Assembly (NCBI RefSeq): GCF_006345805.1
Contig: NC_043005.1
Location: 45,818,001 to 45,882,000 of the forward strand
DNA: 64,000 nucleotides
From: Octopus sinensis
Taxonomy: Eukaryota
Direction of reading: 5' to 3'
Part shown: piece after piece, positions 12,425-26,248 of the stretch
How positions within the stretch are numbered: position 1 is the stretch's first letter
How the letters are laid out: the number at the start of each line of letters is the position of its first letter
Notes under the pieces: model-generated
Databases searched by the model: none
Told to the model about the DNA's origin: nothing
The model's input: the letters and a program-made list of their open reading frames with translations, nothing else
Position numbers and translations under genes: made by a program

Positions 12425-15400
12425 TGTTTTGAAGCAGCATTGAGCTTGGTGCTCCAACTTATCTTCTCAGGCTGCACCTACACATAGCAAGATGTTTTGC
12501 AACTGTTGTTTTGTGTACTCTTGCTATAAAATACTGCTCGCCAGATGACATTGTTTCGGACATTCGAATGCCTGGAACAAGTGTCGACCTCAGTGCCGAA
12601 GGGGTGTGGTATTGACTTAAAATAATTGAAGAAGAAACTACAGTAGCTACTTGTGGGTAGCTGGACAATCAGAAACAACAAACTGCCAGCGTGTAAACTA
12701 TATTGCAGGACTTTCTCAAATCAATCTGCACAGCAGCTCAAACTCTGTCGTGACCAAGCTTGTAATGTGTGCATATCCTCATATCTGAATGTAAACTGTT
12801 CCCCCCCTAGGCCGTTCTTATCTTAACTGATGCTTTTACACTGTTGATATTATTCTGTCTAACCTCAGTCTCCATTGGTATCTCGTTTAGTTTATACATC
12901 TCGAATTTGTCCAAGTGCAAAGAGATATTTCTTTAGCACTGATGTTTGGTCAATTTTATAAGCTGTTTGCAGTGAAAGGTGTCTTGCCACTGACCAATTC
13001 CTGATGCGTAGTTGCAACTCTCCTCTAGTTGCTTCACATAACTCCTAACACTATTAGTGCCTGAAAAGCAGTATAACTCCTGGCATCATATAATTTTTTT
13101 GTTAGATTCTTTTTTTTTTTTTTTTCTGTTCCTTTCATAATGGATGCTATATTATTCTCATGGATAAGACTAAATAGACTGACATCCTTACTCTCACTGT
13201 ATTGCATCTACACATCATTTCTGGGTGGGCATCCTGCATAAAAATGTGTAAGTGCATGTGTAAATAAGCGTGTGCTGGTGAAGAAAGAAGTGGAAAGAGC
13301 TTCTGGAAATTTCCACTTCATTCTTGTAGTAACAGTTAAGAGTAAGGAAGCAAAACGAGCAGGGTTACCTTCCTTATCCATGTCATCCCAGATGTCTTGT
13401 GGTACGAGGATTATCCACTGCTAATCTAGATTCGATGAATGCAAACCATACATGAATTAATGAAACATAGTTGTTGGATTTTATTTAACTTTTTTTTTTT
13501 TTTTATCAGATTTGAAATGAGCTGATTAATTTGGCTGTGCACTGTAAAGATAACTTTTGACTGTGATAGCATCAATTGGTACCAACTATCAGGTTATTTT
13601 GGTTCACCAAATTGACTTCTGTCCTTTACTAAAGCAGTTTAAACTAATATGGCTGTTTTCATTTCTAGTATCATTGTTGGCTTTTCTTTCTCTACCTTCT
13701 CTAAGTTAAATCTATTTTTTTATACCTGTCAGCTGGTCAGTTGATAAACTATATTTGATGATGGTTAAATCAAGTTCGAGATTGTTCAAAAGTCTTGCAA
13801 ATCATTTCTATGAATTGCTAATCTAAGTTTCCATTTTCGGAAGGGAGGCATACAATCAGTGCTGAAATATGATCAGCAATGCTCTCACACTCTCTTCTTT
13901 TTAGTATCATCATCATGATCATCATCATCACCATCATCAAGGCCTGAATGTTTTTTTTTTTTAATTGTTATGGTTACAGCCTTTCCAGTAGAGGAGTCTG
14001 TTTACTAGCCTTATTACCTTCGTAACCATCAAAAATAAGTTACAGTTGACTCTTAGTTATTCCAGCATTTCATCTTCAAATGAATGTTATTTTAAATTAC
14101 TTTTACCATTTTTATCCTCTTTGTTTATTTCTGATTGTCTGACAGAAGAAACTCAATAATGATGATAATAATAATGACAAATTCCCCAGTATTTATTGTT
14201 TAAAAAGGAATTTAATTCTTCGTTTCTGTGAAGACATTGTTGAGTGGTTTAGTGTTAGGAAAAGCATTCAGTTTGAAGAAACACAAAATCCAGAAAACCC
14301 ATACATACACGTTCACATTTGCAGAAATATCAAATTGATGCTAGAGAATGGAGGAAAAAAAAAATAATAATAATGTAGTTGTTGATGATGGTGGGGTGGA
14401 AGGCGTCTGTATTGGCCTACATGTATAACGCTGTCAGTGATATTGTTACAAAGAGGGTATATTTACAATATAGGGAATCCTCAAACTTTCTGGACAGTCT
14501 AATCTAGAGAGATCTCAGTTAACCCCCCTACAACAAAGGGGGGAGGGACTGGTTCGTGGGTTAAAAGCTTTATTTTTTTAATTGAATCTATAGCAATATG
14601 ACTGGTGTTTCTGCAGTTTTCCGTTTTCTACTTTAAAGGATTCCCCCTGATCCACCATTCCTTAATCTAGTGAATGCATTTATGAAAATACATAAAAGTA
14701 AACAAAAATATTAATGTTTATTTAAGCCTGGTAAGTTGTAAAGGGATTATCCTTCAAATCCCTTTCTTGTTGAATACTTTATACATCAGTTGTTAAATCT
14801 TCATTTGCTCAGAAAACTGAAAATTCTTCAGTTTCTTATGAAACAGTTTTGGCATATTGATTTCAATGAAATCAATAACATAGCAAAAAGACTATTTTAA
14901 TATTTTATGTGAATTTTTAAAAAAGTAAATTCTCAGAACAAGCGATTGATTGATAGTGTTTTTTTTTATTTCTTAAGTTCCACTGTAAAAAAAAAACTTG
15001 TTCTAAATCTAGATGTGAAATAGCATGTATGTGTGTTGTGTCTATTCACATACACACACACATATACATATATATATATATATATACACACACATTCATA
15101 CTCACACACATACACTATAAATAGTATACAGTGCCTCAGAGAAAATGCTATATGTTTTTGGCATAAACAGAAAACAATCCATTACAACCAAAATGTAAGA
15201 TATATTCTATGGAGATTTTCAGTGTACTTGCATTTTGTTTGCTTGTCATAATCAGGTTCTCAGGTGTAAATTTTTTTGTAAAGTTCTATTGCATTCTGTT
15301 GGGAGATGAAATTCTTCGCGATTTCATATTTCTAATGTTTAGCAGATTTTTCTGCACACTGCTATTCTATAACTTGATGTCAAGGAATTTATTTCATCTG

Positions 15401-18400
15401 TTCCATTTCTCAACCTGCCTAAGTTTACTTATCTCTATAACAGCTAATAGAAATGGGCAGTTTGTTGTTTCGTTATCTCTAACTTGTTAGACGAACAATA
15501 AAGCTTTCTCTACTGAAATTTTTAATCGGTATATCTTGGAAACTCATAAATATTACTTTGTTTCATTGGCAGTAGAATTCCTGTTTCCTATAAATGCTAA
15601 TTTCTTATTACTTATTTACCAGCTTTCGGTAATTAAGCAAATTAGTTAAGATTAAATGTGTTTATTTTAGCATATATCTTGTTTATATTTTAGTGTTTGT
15701 TTTGTTTTTATTTCTCTCCTTTTTTGTTAAAGAATATTTTTAAAGGAATCTTGCAAAATACATCCAGTTTCAGACATCCTGGTATGTAATGAGAATTGCA
15801 ATGAGCCAACTGCAGAAACAATTGCATTATGCCATCCAAGATTGCGAAAGCTCTTGAAACATTTTCCATAATCGGGTGTAAGTCTTTTCTAAAGTAGTTT
15901 CCATTCATAATTCCAAAACTAATATGAAGCCATCTTTTGCTGTTGGTAGTTCAACTTTGTGTTGTGCGTGTGAGTGTGTACATAGACGCAAGAGGGAAGC
16001 GTATATGAGCAAATGTATCAGGACTTAAAACTGTAAATATAGATCATGTCCATAAATGAATGAAAGAAAAAAGATCCTTAATTTTTTTTTTTTTTTTGTG
16101 TCTTTTAAAATGATAGGCTCAGACATTTGCTCACAGAATGAAGCTTGATTGTAGAAAGGAGGCCCTTAGTGGGGTTTATTTATTTTTAAAATTGATTTCT
16201 AATTTCTTTTCCCCAACCAAGCTTTGTTTGCCAGCTGATAGTTTATCCTTGCACACACACACACACACAAACACACATATATCATGTAGAATGGTAATAA
16301 CGACTATAAAGAGTTTGAGGCTGTCAGTTTGTAACAGATGCTTATATATGTATATAATATCTTCCCTGTAAAACAACGACTTGGCAACACAACATAAAAA
16401 TAATGTACAGATATGTCAGAACAATCTGACAAAATATAAACAAAATTATTTGTATTAGATTTTTTTTTCTTTAAATAAATATTTATCAAATTTATTTCAT
16501 GTTATTGTTATTTCATTTTTGTGAATGTGTGGATATTTCAGATTACTGTAGAAAAGAAATTCCACCACGAAAATATATTTCAGCAATAATCTTCATTATT
16601 CATTTAATTATTTTATTTTCAGCACTTCAGTTTTTAAAATATGCAGGCATGGCTGTGTAGTAAGATGCTTGCTTCCCAACCACATGGTTCCCGGTTCAGT
16701 CCCACTGCGTGGCACTTTGGGAAAGTGTCTTCTGTAGCCTTGGGCTGACCAAAGCTTCATGAGTGGATTCGGTAGGTGGAAACTGAAAGAAGCCCATTGT
16801 ATATATATATGCATATATTTGTGTGTTTGTCACCTAACCATCACTTGACAACCAATGTTGGTGTGTTTATGTCCCTGTAACTTAGTGGTTAGGCAAAAGG
16901 AACCGATAAAATAAGTACTAGGCTTACAGTGAATAAGTCCTGGATTTGAATTCTGCAACAAAAAACCTTTTAAGCCGGTTCTCCAGCATGGTTGCAGTCA
17001 ATTGACTAAAACAGGTAGCAGAACAGCAAATAAATATATATTTAAACTGGCCCAAACATTCCACCTGTGTTATGTTCAAATTGCCCAGATTTAGCCCGTT
17101 ACACCTACTCTTCAACACCATTCTAAAAATAGACAATCACATCATCTCATCAAAATCTCACAGCTACAAGATGAGCCGTGATTGATTAATTCAAAACAAT
17201 GTGAAAAAATAAGCAGTTCATGTGACTGAGTAATCTAAATGCTAGAGTTAAAAAGAAAACGATGTAAATGCAATGGAGAGGAGACAACTCTATTTCATTC
17301 AATTTCAGTCCTAGTGAAAGACACTAGACTTCTTTACCACGGTACATTAGCATCCTTCATTTTGATCATTGTTGGACGTCATTCATGGGCAAGTTGAACA
17401 TGTTTCCTGTAAAAACTGCTTTATCATCTTTACATTCTATCCTAAAAATGGTTTTACTCCCAATCTTTTAGAGTACCAACAAAGCAAATAGGTTTATCAA
17501 ACGTAGAATGAATGAGTCAAAGTGCAGTGTGAGGTCTCGAACCAGACTAAGGTGGGTCTAATTTTGATGCTTGACTTATTCAGGATTTCTCAATAATACC
17601 TTCCAGGATTCTTCAGTATCTTCACTTAGATATTTTCAGGACTTATTTATATTAATACATCACTTGTCTCTGCAAATACTTAAAAATTATTTTGCTTATA
17701 AATCATTATAAAGGCAGCTGATTGTTAGATTATTACTAGATATTGATTTCAAATTTTGGCCCAAGGCCAGCAATTTCAGGGTGGGTGGGTGGGTATAAGC
17801 TCAACTGGTACTTATTTTATCAACCCTGAAAAGGATGAAAAGTAAATTCTATGCAGCAGTATTTGAATTTGGAATGTAAAGTTGGAAGAAATATTGCTAA
17901 GCAATTTTCCTGTGTGGTAACAAACAGTTCTGCTATCTTGCTATTTGATATTAACAAAGAATCTCGCTTGTAAGTTGTAATTATAAATCCTACTGAAACT
18001 GTTTCCTTTACAGTCTTAGGCATTTTATCCAGCAACAAATCAAGCCCCAGCCCTCTGTTTTTTAACCCCTCCATCTAGTGGTGAGTGTTTAGTGTTGGAG
18101 AAAGATCCAAAGTTACTGAAATAGTAGCTTGTTAGTAAAGTAATGTGAAGGTGCATGGCTCAGTGGTTAGAATATCAGTCTTATAATTATGAGGTAGTGA
18201 ATTCGATTCCTGGATTGGGCTGTGTGTTGTGTTCTTGAGCAAGACACTTTATTTTATGTTGCTCCAGTTCACTCAGCTGTAGAAATGAGTTGCAACATCA
18301 CTGGTGCTAAGCTGTATTGACCTTTGCCCTTCCCTTGGATAACATCAGTGGCATGGAGAGGAAAGACTGCTATGCATAGGTGACTGCTGGTCTTCCATAA

Positions 18401-19696
18401 ACAATCTTGCCTAGATTTGTACCTCAGAGGGGAACTTTCTGGGTGCAGTTCCATGGTCATTCATGACCAAAGGGGGGCTTTTTTTTTAGTGGCTTATAAT
18501 AACCACTGATGGTTTTACAATAATTTCATGTATACATACATATATATATTAGTGCAAGCAACTGCTACCATGAATGTGGTTTCTTTTTATCAAATAATAC
18601 ACTGACAGTGAACCATTCATTAAATTAACTAAATTTTGTAGTAATTGATATCCACCAAAAGAAAGAGGAATGAGACATCTACACTCATTAAAAGTTTTAA
18701 TTGAATATAAAAATAATAATAGGCTCATAGTCAGAAATTTGGGTGAGGGGGAACAGTGGATTATATTAGTTTCAAATTTAGGCACGAAGTCAGCAATTTC
18801 AGGGGTGGACTCTCTTCTCCTCTGTGCTCAACTGGGACTCATTTTATCAACCCTGAAAGGATGAAAGTTGACCTTGAGCAGATTTTGAACTCGGAACATA
18901 AAGACAGATGAAATCAAGCGAATGATTCTGCCAGTGGATTATATTGACCCCAGTATTTGATTGGTCATTCATTTTATTAATCCTGAAAGGCAGAACTGGT
19001 TGTTGTGGGATTCAATTTCAGATCATAATTAAATGTTCTAAGCACACCAGAGAGAAAAAAAAACTAACATTTCAGGCCTTATCTTCCATTCAAACATTAC
19101 AACTTTCCCCTTTCTACTCTGATAAATGGCCAGGGCCTGAAATGCCAGATTCCACACTCATCTCTTCATTATGTACTCATGGTATTGGCTGACAGGCCAT
19201 CACTAGTTTCTTTGTAATCCAAATTACATCATTTGTGTGATAGAAAATATCAGTGGTTTCCGATTTATGCACAGGGCCAGCAATTTTGAGAGGAAGGGAA
19301 GTGGTCGATATCATCAACCCTATTATTTGAGAGGTACCTTATTTTATTGAACCTGGAAGGATGAAAGGCAAAGTTGACCTCGGCAAGATTTGAACTGCAT
19401 GTTCTGATCTGTGTTGTCAACAACTTTGCCTTTCATCCTTCTAAAATCAATAAAATAAAAAAAAAAACGGTTAAGTATTAGGTTGATAATGTCGACTGTT
19501 CCCCTTGTAAATTCTTGGCCTTGTGCCTGTGTTAAAGATAAAAGTTTTAAATTTTGGCACAAGGCCAGTAAATTCAGAGGAAGAGGAAAGTCGATTACAT
19601 TGACCCTTTTCCCGCCAATGCTCAACTGGGACTCATTTTATCAACTCTGAAAGACAAAGCGGACCTTGGCAGAATTTGAACTCAGAACATATAGAC

Positions 19697-20092
19697 CAGT
19701 GGTTCTCAACCAGGGCTCATATGACCACTAGGGGTCTACATAAGGTTTTTGGGGGTCTTTGTAGTCAAAGTTGTAAATTTGGGGAAACACAGTAGTATTT
19801 AAAGGATGCATGAAAATATTTTGCTTTAGTTATATTTATTGCTAGAAACAGCTATGTTTCTTTCTCTGATGTTTTACATAGTTCAGCATGTTTCTGGCTA
19901 CTGAAACAGGTTCACTTAGAGAGTGCTGTTACAAACCTACACAGGTGCATAGGTGAAAAACAAAATAGGAATTTTGAAAGAAGTACCCATAAAACTAGAT
20001 TTTAATTAACAAATGGCTATGGGAATCCACTAGAATAAAACCGTAATCAAAGGGATCCATAAGTAAAAAAAAAAAATGATTGAGAACCACTG
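19697..20092. mobile_element. hAT-type MITE nested in a SINE-like repeat
   Basis: TIRs CAGTGGTTCTCAACC / ATTGAGAACCACTG; 8-bp flanks atatagac / gtacagac; the host repeat resumes on both sides. Confidence 0.8.
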
Positions 20093-20759
20093 GTACAGAC
20101 AGATGAAACACCAATAAGCATTTAGTCTGGCATGCTAATGATTCTGCCAGCTCACTGCCTTCAAATATGTAAGAAATGATAAACAAAACCAACAAAGAAA
20201 GCAAGAAGCAGTATCAACAGAGTTTTATGGCAGTATATGTAATGTTATAAAACATCGAAATAGTAAAATCATTGAAGTTTGATAATCTTTGAAAGATGTT
20301 GGTATAAAATATGACTTGTTTGATCAAAGGAATACAAAGTGCATCTGTTATTTCTAGTTTGATAATTGAATGATGTCACTCCACTTGGAGTCATTTTGAA
20401 GGACAGATATAAAATAGCAGTGTGTTACCTGTGTTTAATAGAGTTTTATGTCTGACTACATAGACACTGATAGCTGAAATAAATTCTTTAAGAAAACCAG
20501 TGAGCTGTTTTGTAGCTTAAACAAGAAAATGGGCAGTATTCAAAAAAAAAAAAAAAATTTTCAGCCCTACCCCTAGCTCACCAATTTTCTTATCTTTAGA
20601 TTTTTTTTTTTTAAAGTTTTTGAATCCCTATAACACTCAACACACACATGCCTACAAGTTACACTAGGTGCAATGATGGATGTGCTACAAATCCCATCAT
20701 TATTAATGTCCAAAGTTTACCAAAACTTGACTTTTTTTTAGAAAGACACCCACAATTCA

Positions 20760-21480
20760 TCTTCCCATGGGTAGTTCCCAGACAATGACTCTGCTTAAGA
20801 GGGCAACTTTGGGTGTCACAAACAATACACAGCAGGTAGCAGCTAGCTTCCTTCTTTCTTGTTGGTCAACTGGGAGAAATTACCATAGACTTGCTCATTA
20901 ATCACTTTCTGCAATCAAAGCTATCATTGCCTGAGTGAAGGATCAAGTTTTACAACTATAAAGGAGAGTTGTTTCAATCACTTCTATGAAGAGTCTCTTC
21001 TTAAGATGTTTGGAAAAGTTGAAATCCAAATGTTCTTTGTATTCGTGAGCAGTTTCCATGCAAGGTTTCTATCCACTTTGAATGACTCTTTCCAGGCCCC
21101 GACACATAAGCTAGATTCTGATTTCTAGCATCAGAAATTGAGTGAGATACTCCCAGCAGCTGTCAGTGGCTTGTGATCAGCTACTGGAGATCATGTATTG
21201 TCTTTTCTTGGCATTGGGGTGAAGCTTTTCTTATATCCAGATTTTATTATTGATAGAACCTTAGCCTTAGCATCTGTAATTTTATCAGATGGCAAAGCAA
21301 TGTTGTTGACAAAACCTAGATCAGACAGTGTCTCTGACCCAACCCTCCTAGACTTTGGTATAATGAAACCCTGTTCTTCATAGTTCATAACCACAAAGAA
21401 AGAAGATGAAGAGCTCCAATGTGTCACCTTGTAGGACATCAACTTTAAGCTCAGGCATTTAGGTCTTATCATCCAGTGTG
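20760..21480 (-). mobile_element. Decayed RTE-like LINE reverse transcriptase fragment
   Basis: QGDTL...; SRRVGSETLSDLGFVNNIALPSDKI (degenerate DLDFADDIALLS); downstream KRLFIEVIETTLLYSCKT (cf. VESVLLYGSETW); many stops. Boundaries approximate. Confidence 0.7.
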
Positions 21481-21899
21481 ATAATTTTTGCCATGGTGAT
21501 GAAATACAACTATGATGTCTTATGAATGTATACCTTGAAGATTACTCAAACACGTGTTTGTGTGCGTGTATATATATATGTATACATTCATTTATAAAAA
21601 TGAGATATAAAGTTTGTGCTATTTCTTTTTATTACCAAGCTGTAATTACCATTAAGAAGTTATATTTACTTCACTAAAGGAAAAAAAAAAAATCACTTTT
21701 AAATTTTTTAAATTTAAATTCTTTGTTCATGTCAAACATTTGGTGCTTTTTTTGTTTTATTTTTTAAATTTCTTTTTGCATATCTTATAATTCTCACAAT
21801 TTATATTTTAAAATAAAATAATCTTTCAGAGTTAAATAATTCCCTGTAAAAGTTTTAATATATTTTCTATAACTCAGTTATGTTCATAAACATCCAGAA

Positions 21900-22095
21900 C
21901 AGTGATTCTCAACAGCAGCTCTCAGGGCTGCATGTGGCCCTGAAGCACCCTTCCCACCACCCCCAATAGTCTTTCCTCTATAAATATAATAAATTTTTCT
22001 ACAATTGACTAACTTTTTTTTTTTTTGGTGGGGGCCCCCTAAAAAAATCCAGGTTTTGGATCTAGCCTGGGTATTTAAAAAGTTGAGAACCACTG
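21900..22095. mobile_element. hAT-type MITE
   Basis: TIRs CAGTGATTCTCAAC / GTTGAGAACCACTG; 8-bp TSD atccagaa / atcctgaa. Confidence 0.8.
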
Positions 22096-23435
22096 ATCCT
22101 GAAGCTAAAAAATCTAGGTTAGTAGTTGTACAAATTGATTTCTCATTTTTATTTGGGTTACATTTAAAATGATTCTAAAATATCAAATGTAAAAATGGAC
22201 CTACGGTGGAATCAATAAGCTAGACTTTAGAGGCATTTAATTTTGTTGGAAAATTTTCATACAAAAAACATCTGTCAGTTCATAAATGATGAATCAATAG
22301 CAATTGTTGATGTCTGGTCTATATTCAAAACAAAATAGTATCAACAATGGTAATAATGCACAGGAAAGACTGTCAAATCATGTTTGATTTCTAGTGACCT
22401 TGTGGAACATCCATACAGGAGCCATGTAAAGTGCTTTTACCTTCTTTCAGCATTCAATCTATCCCATAGGATTAACTGGACTTGATTTGTACAACAGGAT
22501 ACTCCACAGTTCCCATTGACCAAATTTCTTTCAAAAAGGTATTGGTCACCCTGACAGCATAGATAAAGACACTTGCTCGAAGTGCTGTGCAATAATTGAA
22601 CCTAGGACCATGCAACTGCAGAGTGAACTGCTTAACCGCATGGCCACGCTTGTACTATATAATGGTAGCTAACAACAGATATTTATACATTGTTGGTGGG
22701 TAATTATGTAAGTGTAAATATTAACAATGACTACCTTCTTGCATGACTATTAAAACAGCATTGAGAGCTTTCATAAAATCTACAACAAATTAGACATTAC
22801 ATGAAATGGCCAAATTTACTAAACCAGACAAGGCTCAACAGGTTTTGGTGCAAAACTTTGTTGGATTTCATGAAGGGCTGTAATTTGAATAACCTCTAAC
22901 TACTATCGTTAAAGTTATCTATTTTTATATCACACAGAAACTCAAGCACATTCATAGATGGAGTTTGTTGTAATAGAAGTAGAAAGAGCAATGTAGGCAC
23001 AAGGCCACAAATTTAAGGGAAGGAGAAAGAGTTACTTGATTATATTGGATCCCAGTACTCGACTGGTACTTTATTTATCGACCCCGTTTAGGATGAAAGG
23101 CAAAGTTGACCTTTGTTTCTAAAATAACAATAACAGATAAAAAGCCTATTAGCTCTGGCTGCAGACTTTTGCTATTACAATATAACTTGCCATTGAGTAA
23201 AATTGTTTTCCTCATAACCAAACTGTTTCGTCAATATAATATTATATATACATGTAAAGATACATGTTAACATTGAATGGACAAACATTTTTTTTTTTTT
23301 TAATGTATAGAGATATGTTATTTAGATAGGTGGAAATGAATGTATTTTGATCAGTTATGACTTTATAACAAATGAAAATACTTTTGAAAAACTTAATGTC
23401 ATCAATAACATTTCGACTGACTGATTTGCAAAGCG

Positions 23436-23615
23436 TCATACGTGAGATTCATATGTCTGTGAAGAGAAATTCTGTCCCTCATCAGGATCCATTACCGATG
23501 TTGGCCCCGTCAGCATTGGTTTGTTTGTGGAATCAGGGTTTGTTTGCGTGGCTGGAATTTCAGGCAGTTTGGCTAATTTGTTGATGGAATATACTGGGTC
23601 CACATACTGAGTAAC
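23436..23615 (-). CDS. SLCO: Probable SLCO terminal coding exon (cytoplasmic tail)
   Basis: tcttttgcag acceptor, phase 0 matches the previous donor; VTQYVDPVYSINKLAKLPEIP...SQTYESHV then TGA. Non-repetitive, but poorly conserved, so assigned by position and phase. Confidence 0.72.
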   Translation of the reverse strand, partial: VTQYVDPVYSINKLAKLPEIPATQTNPDSTNKPMLTGPTSVMDPDEGQNFSSQTYESHV

Positions 23616-24554
23616 CTGCAAAAGACATTAGAAACTTCAGGGTTTTTTTCAGTTTGTTTCAACCATTACAGATAAAGACCATGCTGGAGTAGTGTCTCAA
23701 CAAAAAAAAAAGTTTGCTCCCCAACCACATGGTTCCAGGTTCAGTCCCAATGTGTGGCATCTTGGGCAAGTGTGTTCTATTCTAACCTCAGGCCAAACAC
23801 AGCCTTGTGAGTGGAGTTGGTAGAGAGAAACTGAAAGAAGCCCTTCAGATATGTGTGTGTATGTATGTATGTATATATATATATATATATAAAATAAATG
23901 AAAAAATGTATTGTAGATAAACAACAGATAAAAAACGTATACGTATACTGAGTGTACAACTGGACCGTGTGTGTGCGGGTGTGTATGTGTCTTTGTTCCC
24001 CACCACCACTTGACAACCGGTGTTGATGTGTTTATGTCCCTGTAACTTAGCAGTCTGGCAAAAGAGACTGAAAAGAATAAGTACCAGGCTTAACAAAAAA
24101 CAAAAAAAAAAATAAGTACTGGAGTTGATTCATTCAACTAAAAAGATTGTTCAAGGCAGTGCCCCAGCATGGCTACACTCTAATGACTGAAGGAAGTAAA
24201 AGATAACTTATAAAATATATATATATAAAAAATATATACAATTTTTGTGCTCCAGCATGGCTGCAGTCAAATGACTGAATCAAATAGAAGAATGTATTTG
24301 TTTTTGCAAATCGTGAAATCATGTGTTGAAAGCATGGCTGTTGAGTCGAAACGAAAATCTCTGACTCCTCTACTCTTGGCACCTCTGACTCCTCTTTATG
24401 TAATTAAGTGATTGTGGTCTACGTATCTCATAAAGCATATGCATACGCTTGTACTTTGAGTAGGCCTATTTCTTATAACTGGTTTATATTAAAGAATAAA
24501 GATATTGTGAGTCAGAGTCGGTATAGTTTTACTGACTCCAACTCCAGCTACCCC

Positions 24555-24782
24555 TTAACCCTTTTGTTACTAACCCGGCTGAAACCGGCCCTGGCTCTGA
24601 GTACAAATGTTTTGTTTTCATAAGTTTTGAATTATAATTTTCCACCAAACCTTAGTCACACTTTATGATCCTAACATCAGCTGAAGGATGACTAAGTTGT
24701 TTTACTTAATTGTTTGTTATATTTAAAGTAATTGAAAGAAACACAGAGCATCTCAAAATGAATACAGTAACGAAAGGGTTAA
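24555..24782. mobile_element. piggyBac-like MITE inserted in another MITE-like repeat
   Basis: TTAA-CCCTTTTGTTAC ... GTAACGAAAGGG-TTAA; the surrounding ~24331-24812 has inverted GGCTGT(T/G)GAGTCG ends. Confidence 0.75.
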
Positions 24783-25039
24783 TTGTTTCCGACTCCGACT
24801 CCACAGCCCTAGTTGAAACATATTGTTATATTTGGAGATGGGTTTTTTTTTGCCAATTAAACACATGCGCTATTGATGTGATCTTTACTCTAGTTTTATA
24901 CATATGTCTAAGTTCTTTGATCACACACATTCTGTGACCTTATCAGTGACTTTTTGTCCCATGTGTCTCCTCTTGTCCTGTTTATTATTCCATATATACA
25001 ATATTCTGCAGCACTGAATATAAGTGACTGAAGTTGGTT

Positions 25040-25240
25040 TCTCCCAAAGTATTATCAGAGTAATGTTACTCATAGCTTGAAGATCAGAAAGTCTTTCCAC
25101 ATTGACAGATCATAGCTCCAGTACTACAGGCATGTTATTAGAATGTGACAGTGAAGAATCACAAGACAAACAGATTCTTCAAGCCGAGCCAACTGACAGG
25201 AGACCTGGGGTAAACCAAGAACGAGATGGTTGGAGTAAGT
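25040..25240 (+). mobile_element. RTE LINE 3' ORF remnant
   Basis: LQYYRHVIRM...GKPRTRWLE resembles the RTE C-terminal LRWFGHxxRM...GRPRTRW; multiple stops. Confidence 0.55.
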
Positions 25241-26147
25241 ACAATGATGGCTGCTTCTAATAGGCCCCTTACAGAGGAGGTGCCTATCAAGGACTCTACC
25301 TCAATGACCCTCCCAAAAATAATTGCAGAAAAGATGGCTGGATGCTGTATTTACCATAAAAATAAAAAAGAAAATGAAGACTATGGCGAGGCTGTATGGT
25401 AAGAAGCCTGCTTCCCAACTATATGGTTCCATGTTCATCTTGGGCAAGTGTCTTCTACTATAACATCAGGCTGACCAAAGCTTTGAGTGGATTTGGTAGA
25501 CAGAAACTGAAAGAAGCCTGTCGTGTGTGTATATATACATATATATGTGTATATTTATGAGTGTGTCTTTGTATTTATGTTTGTCCCCCACCATCACTTG
25601 ACAACCAATGTTGGTGTGTTTACGTCCCTATAACTTAGTGGTTCAGCAAAAGAGACTGATAGAATAAATATTAAGCTTGCAAAGAATAAATCCTGGGATT
25701 GATTTCTTTGACTAAAACCCCTTTAAGGCAGTGCTCCAGCATTGCCACAGTCAAATGAGTGAAACAAGTAAAATAAAAAAGATATATATAAGTGACAACA
25801 ACTATGTTGTTAAACCACAAACGAAACAGCTTGGTAAAGTACGTGAATGAATATAGGGTCTGTTTTCATCTTTTATCTTTCACTTGTTTCAGTCATTGGA
25901 CTGTGGCCATACTGAAGCACTGACACATACATCTGAAACTACCAGTTGTTTGAGTCATTAGTTTGCTGGTCTAGGAGATGAAGGTGTTTATTCCTGTGCA
26001 ATGGTACTTAAGAGCTGGCCCAGTTCACATATGTCTAAGTTCTCTGTAATAGGTACCATGCAGAGCTATAGAGTAGCTCTGTAGGTAGCAATAGAACTGT
26101 AACCAATAGAGTCTGTTCCTGGAAAGAAAATCAAAAATTATACTTAC

Positions 26148-26248
26148 TGCCAGAGTAAACTTAGAATCATCACCTATCTTCTTGCGTATTAATAACCAGA
26201 CAATAAAAAACAGCAAAGTTCCAAGAACCTTCAGTCCAGCAGAGATAC
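26148..26248 (-). CDS. SLCO: SLCO coding exon (last TM helix)
   Basis: ctctag acceptor, GTAAGT donor; GISAGLKVLGTLLFFIVWLLIRKKIGDDSKFTLA. Confidence 0.92.
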
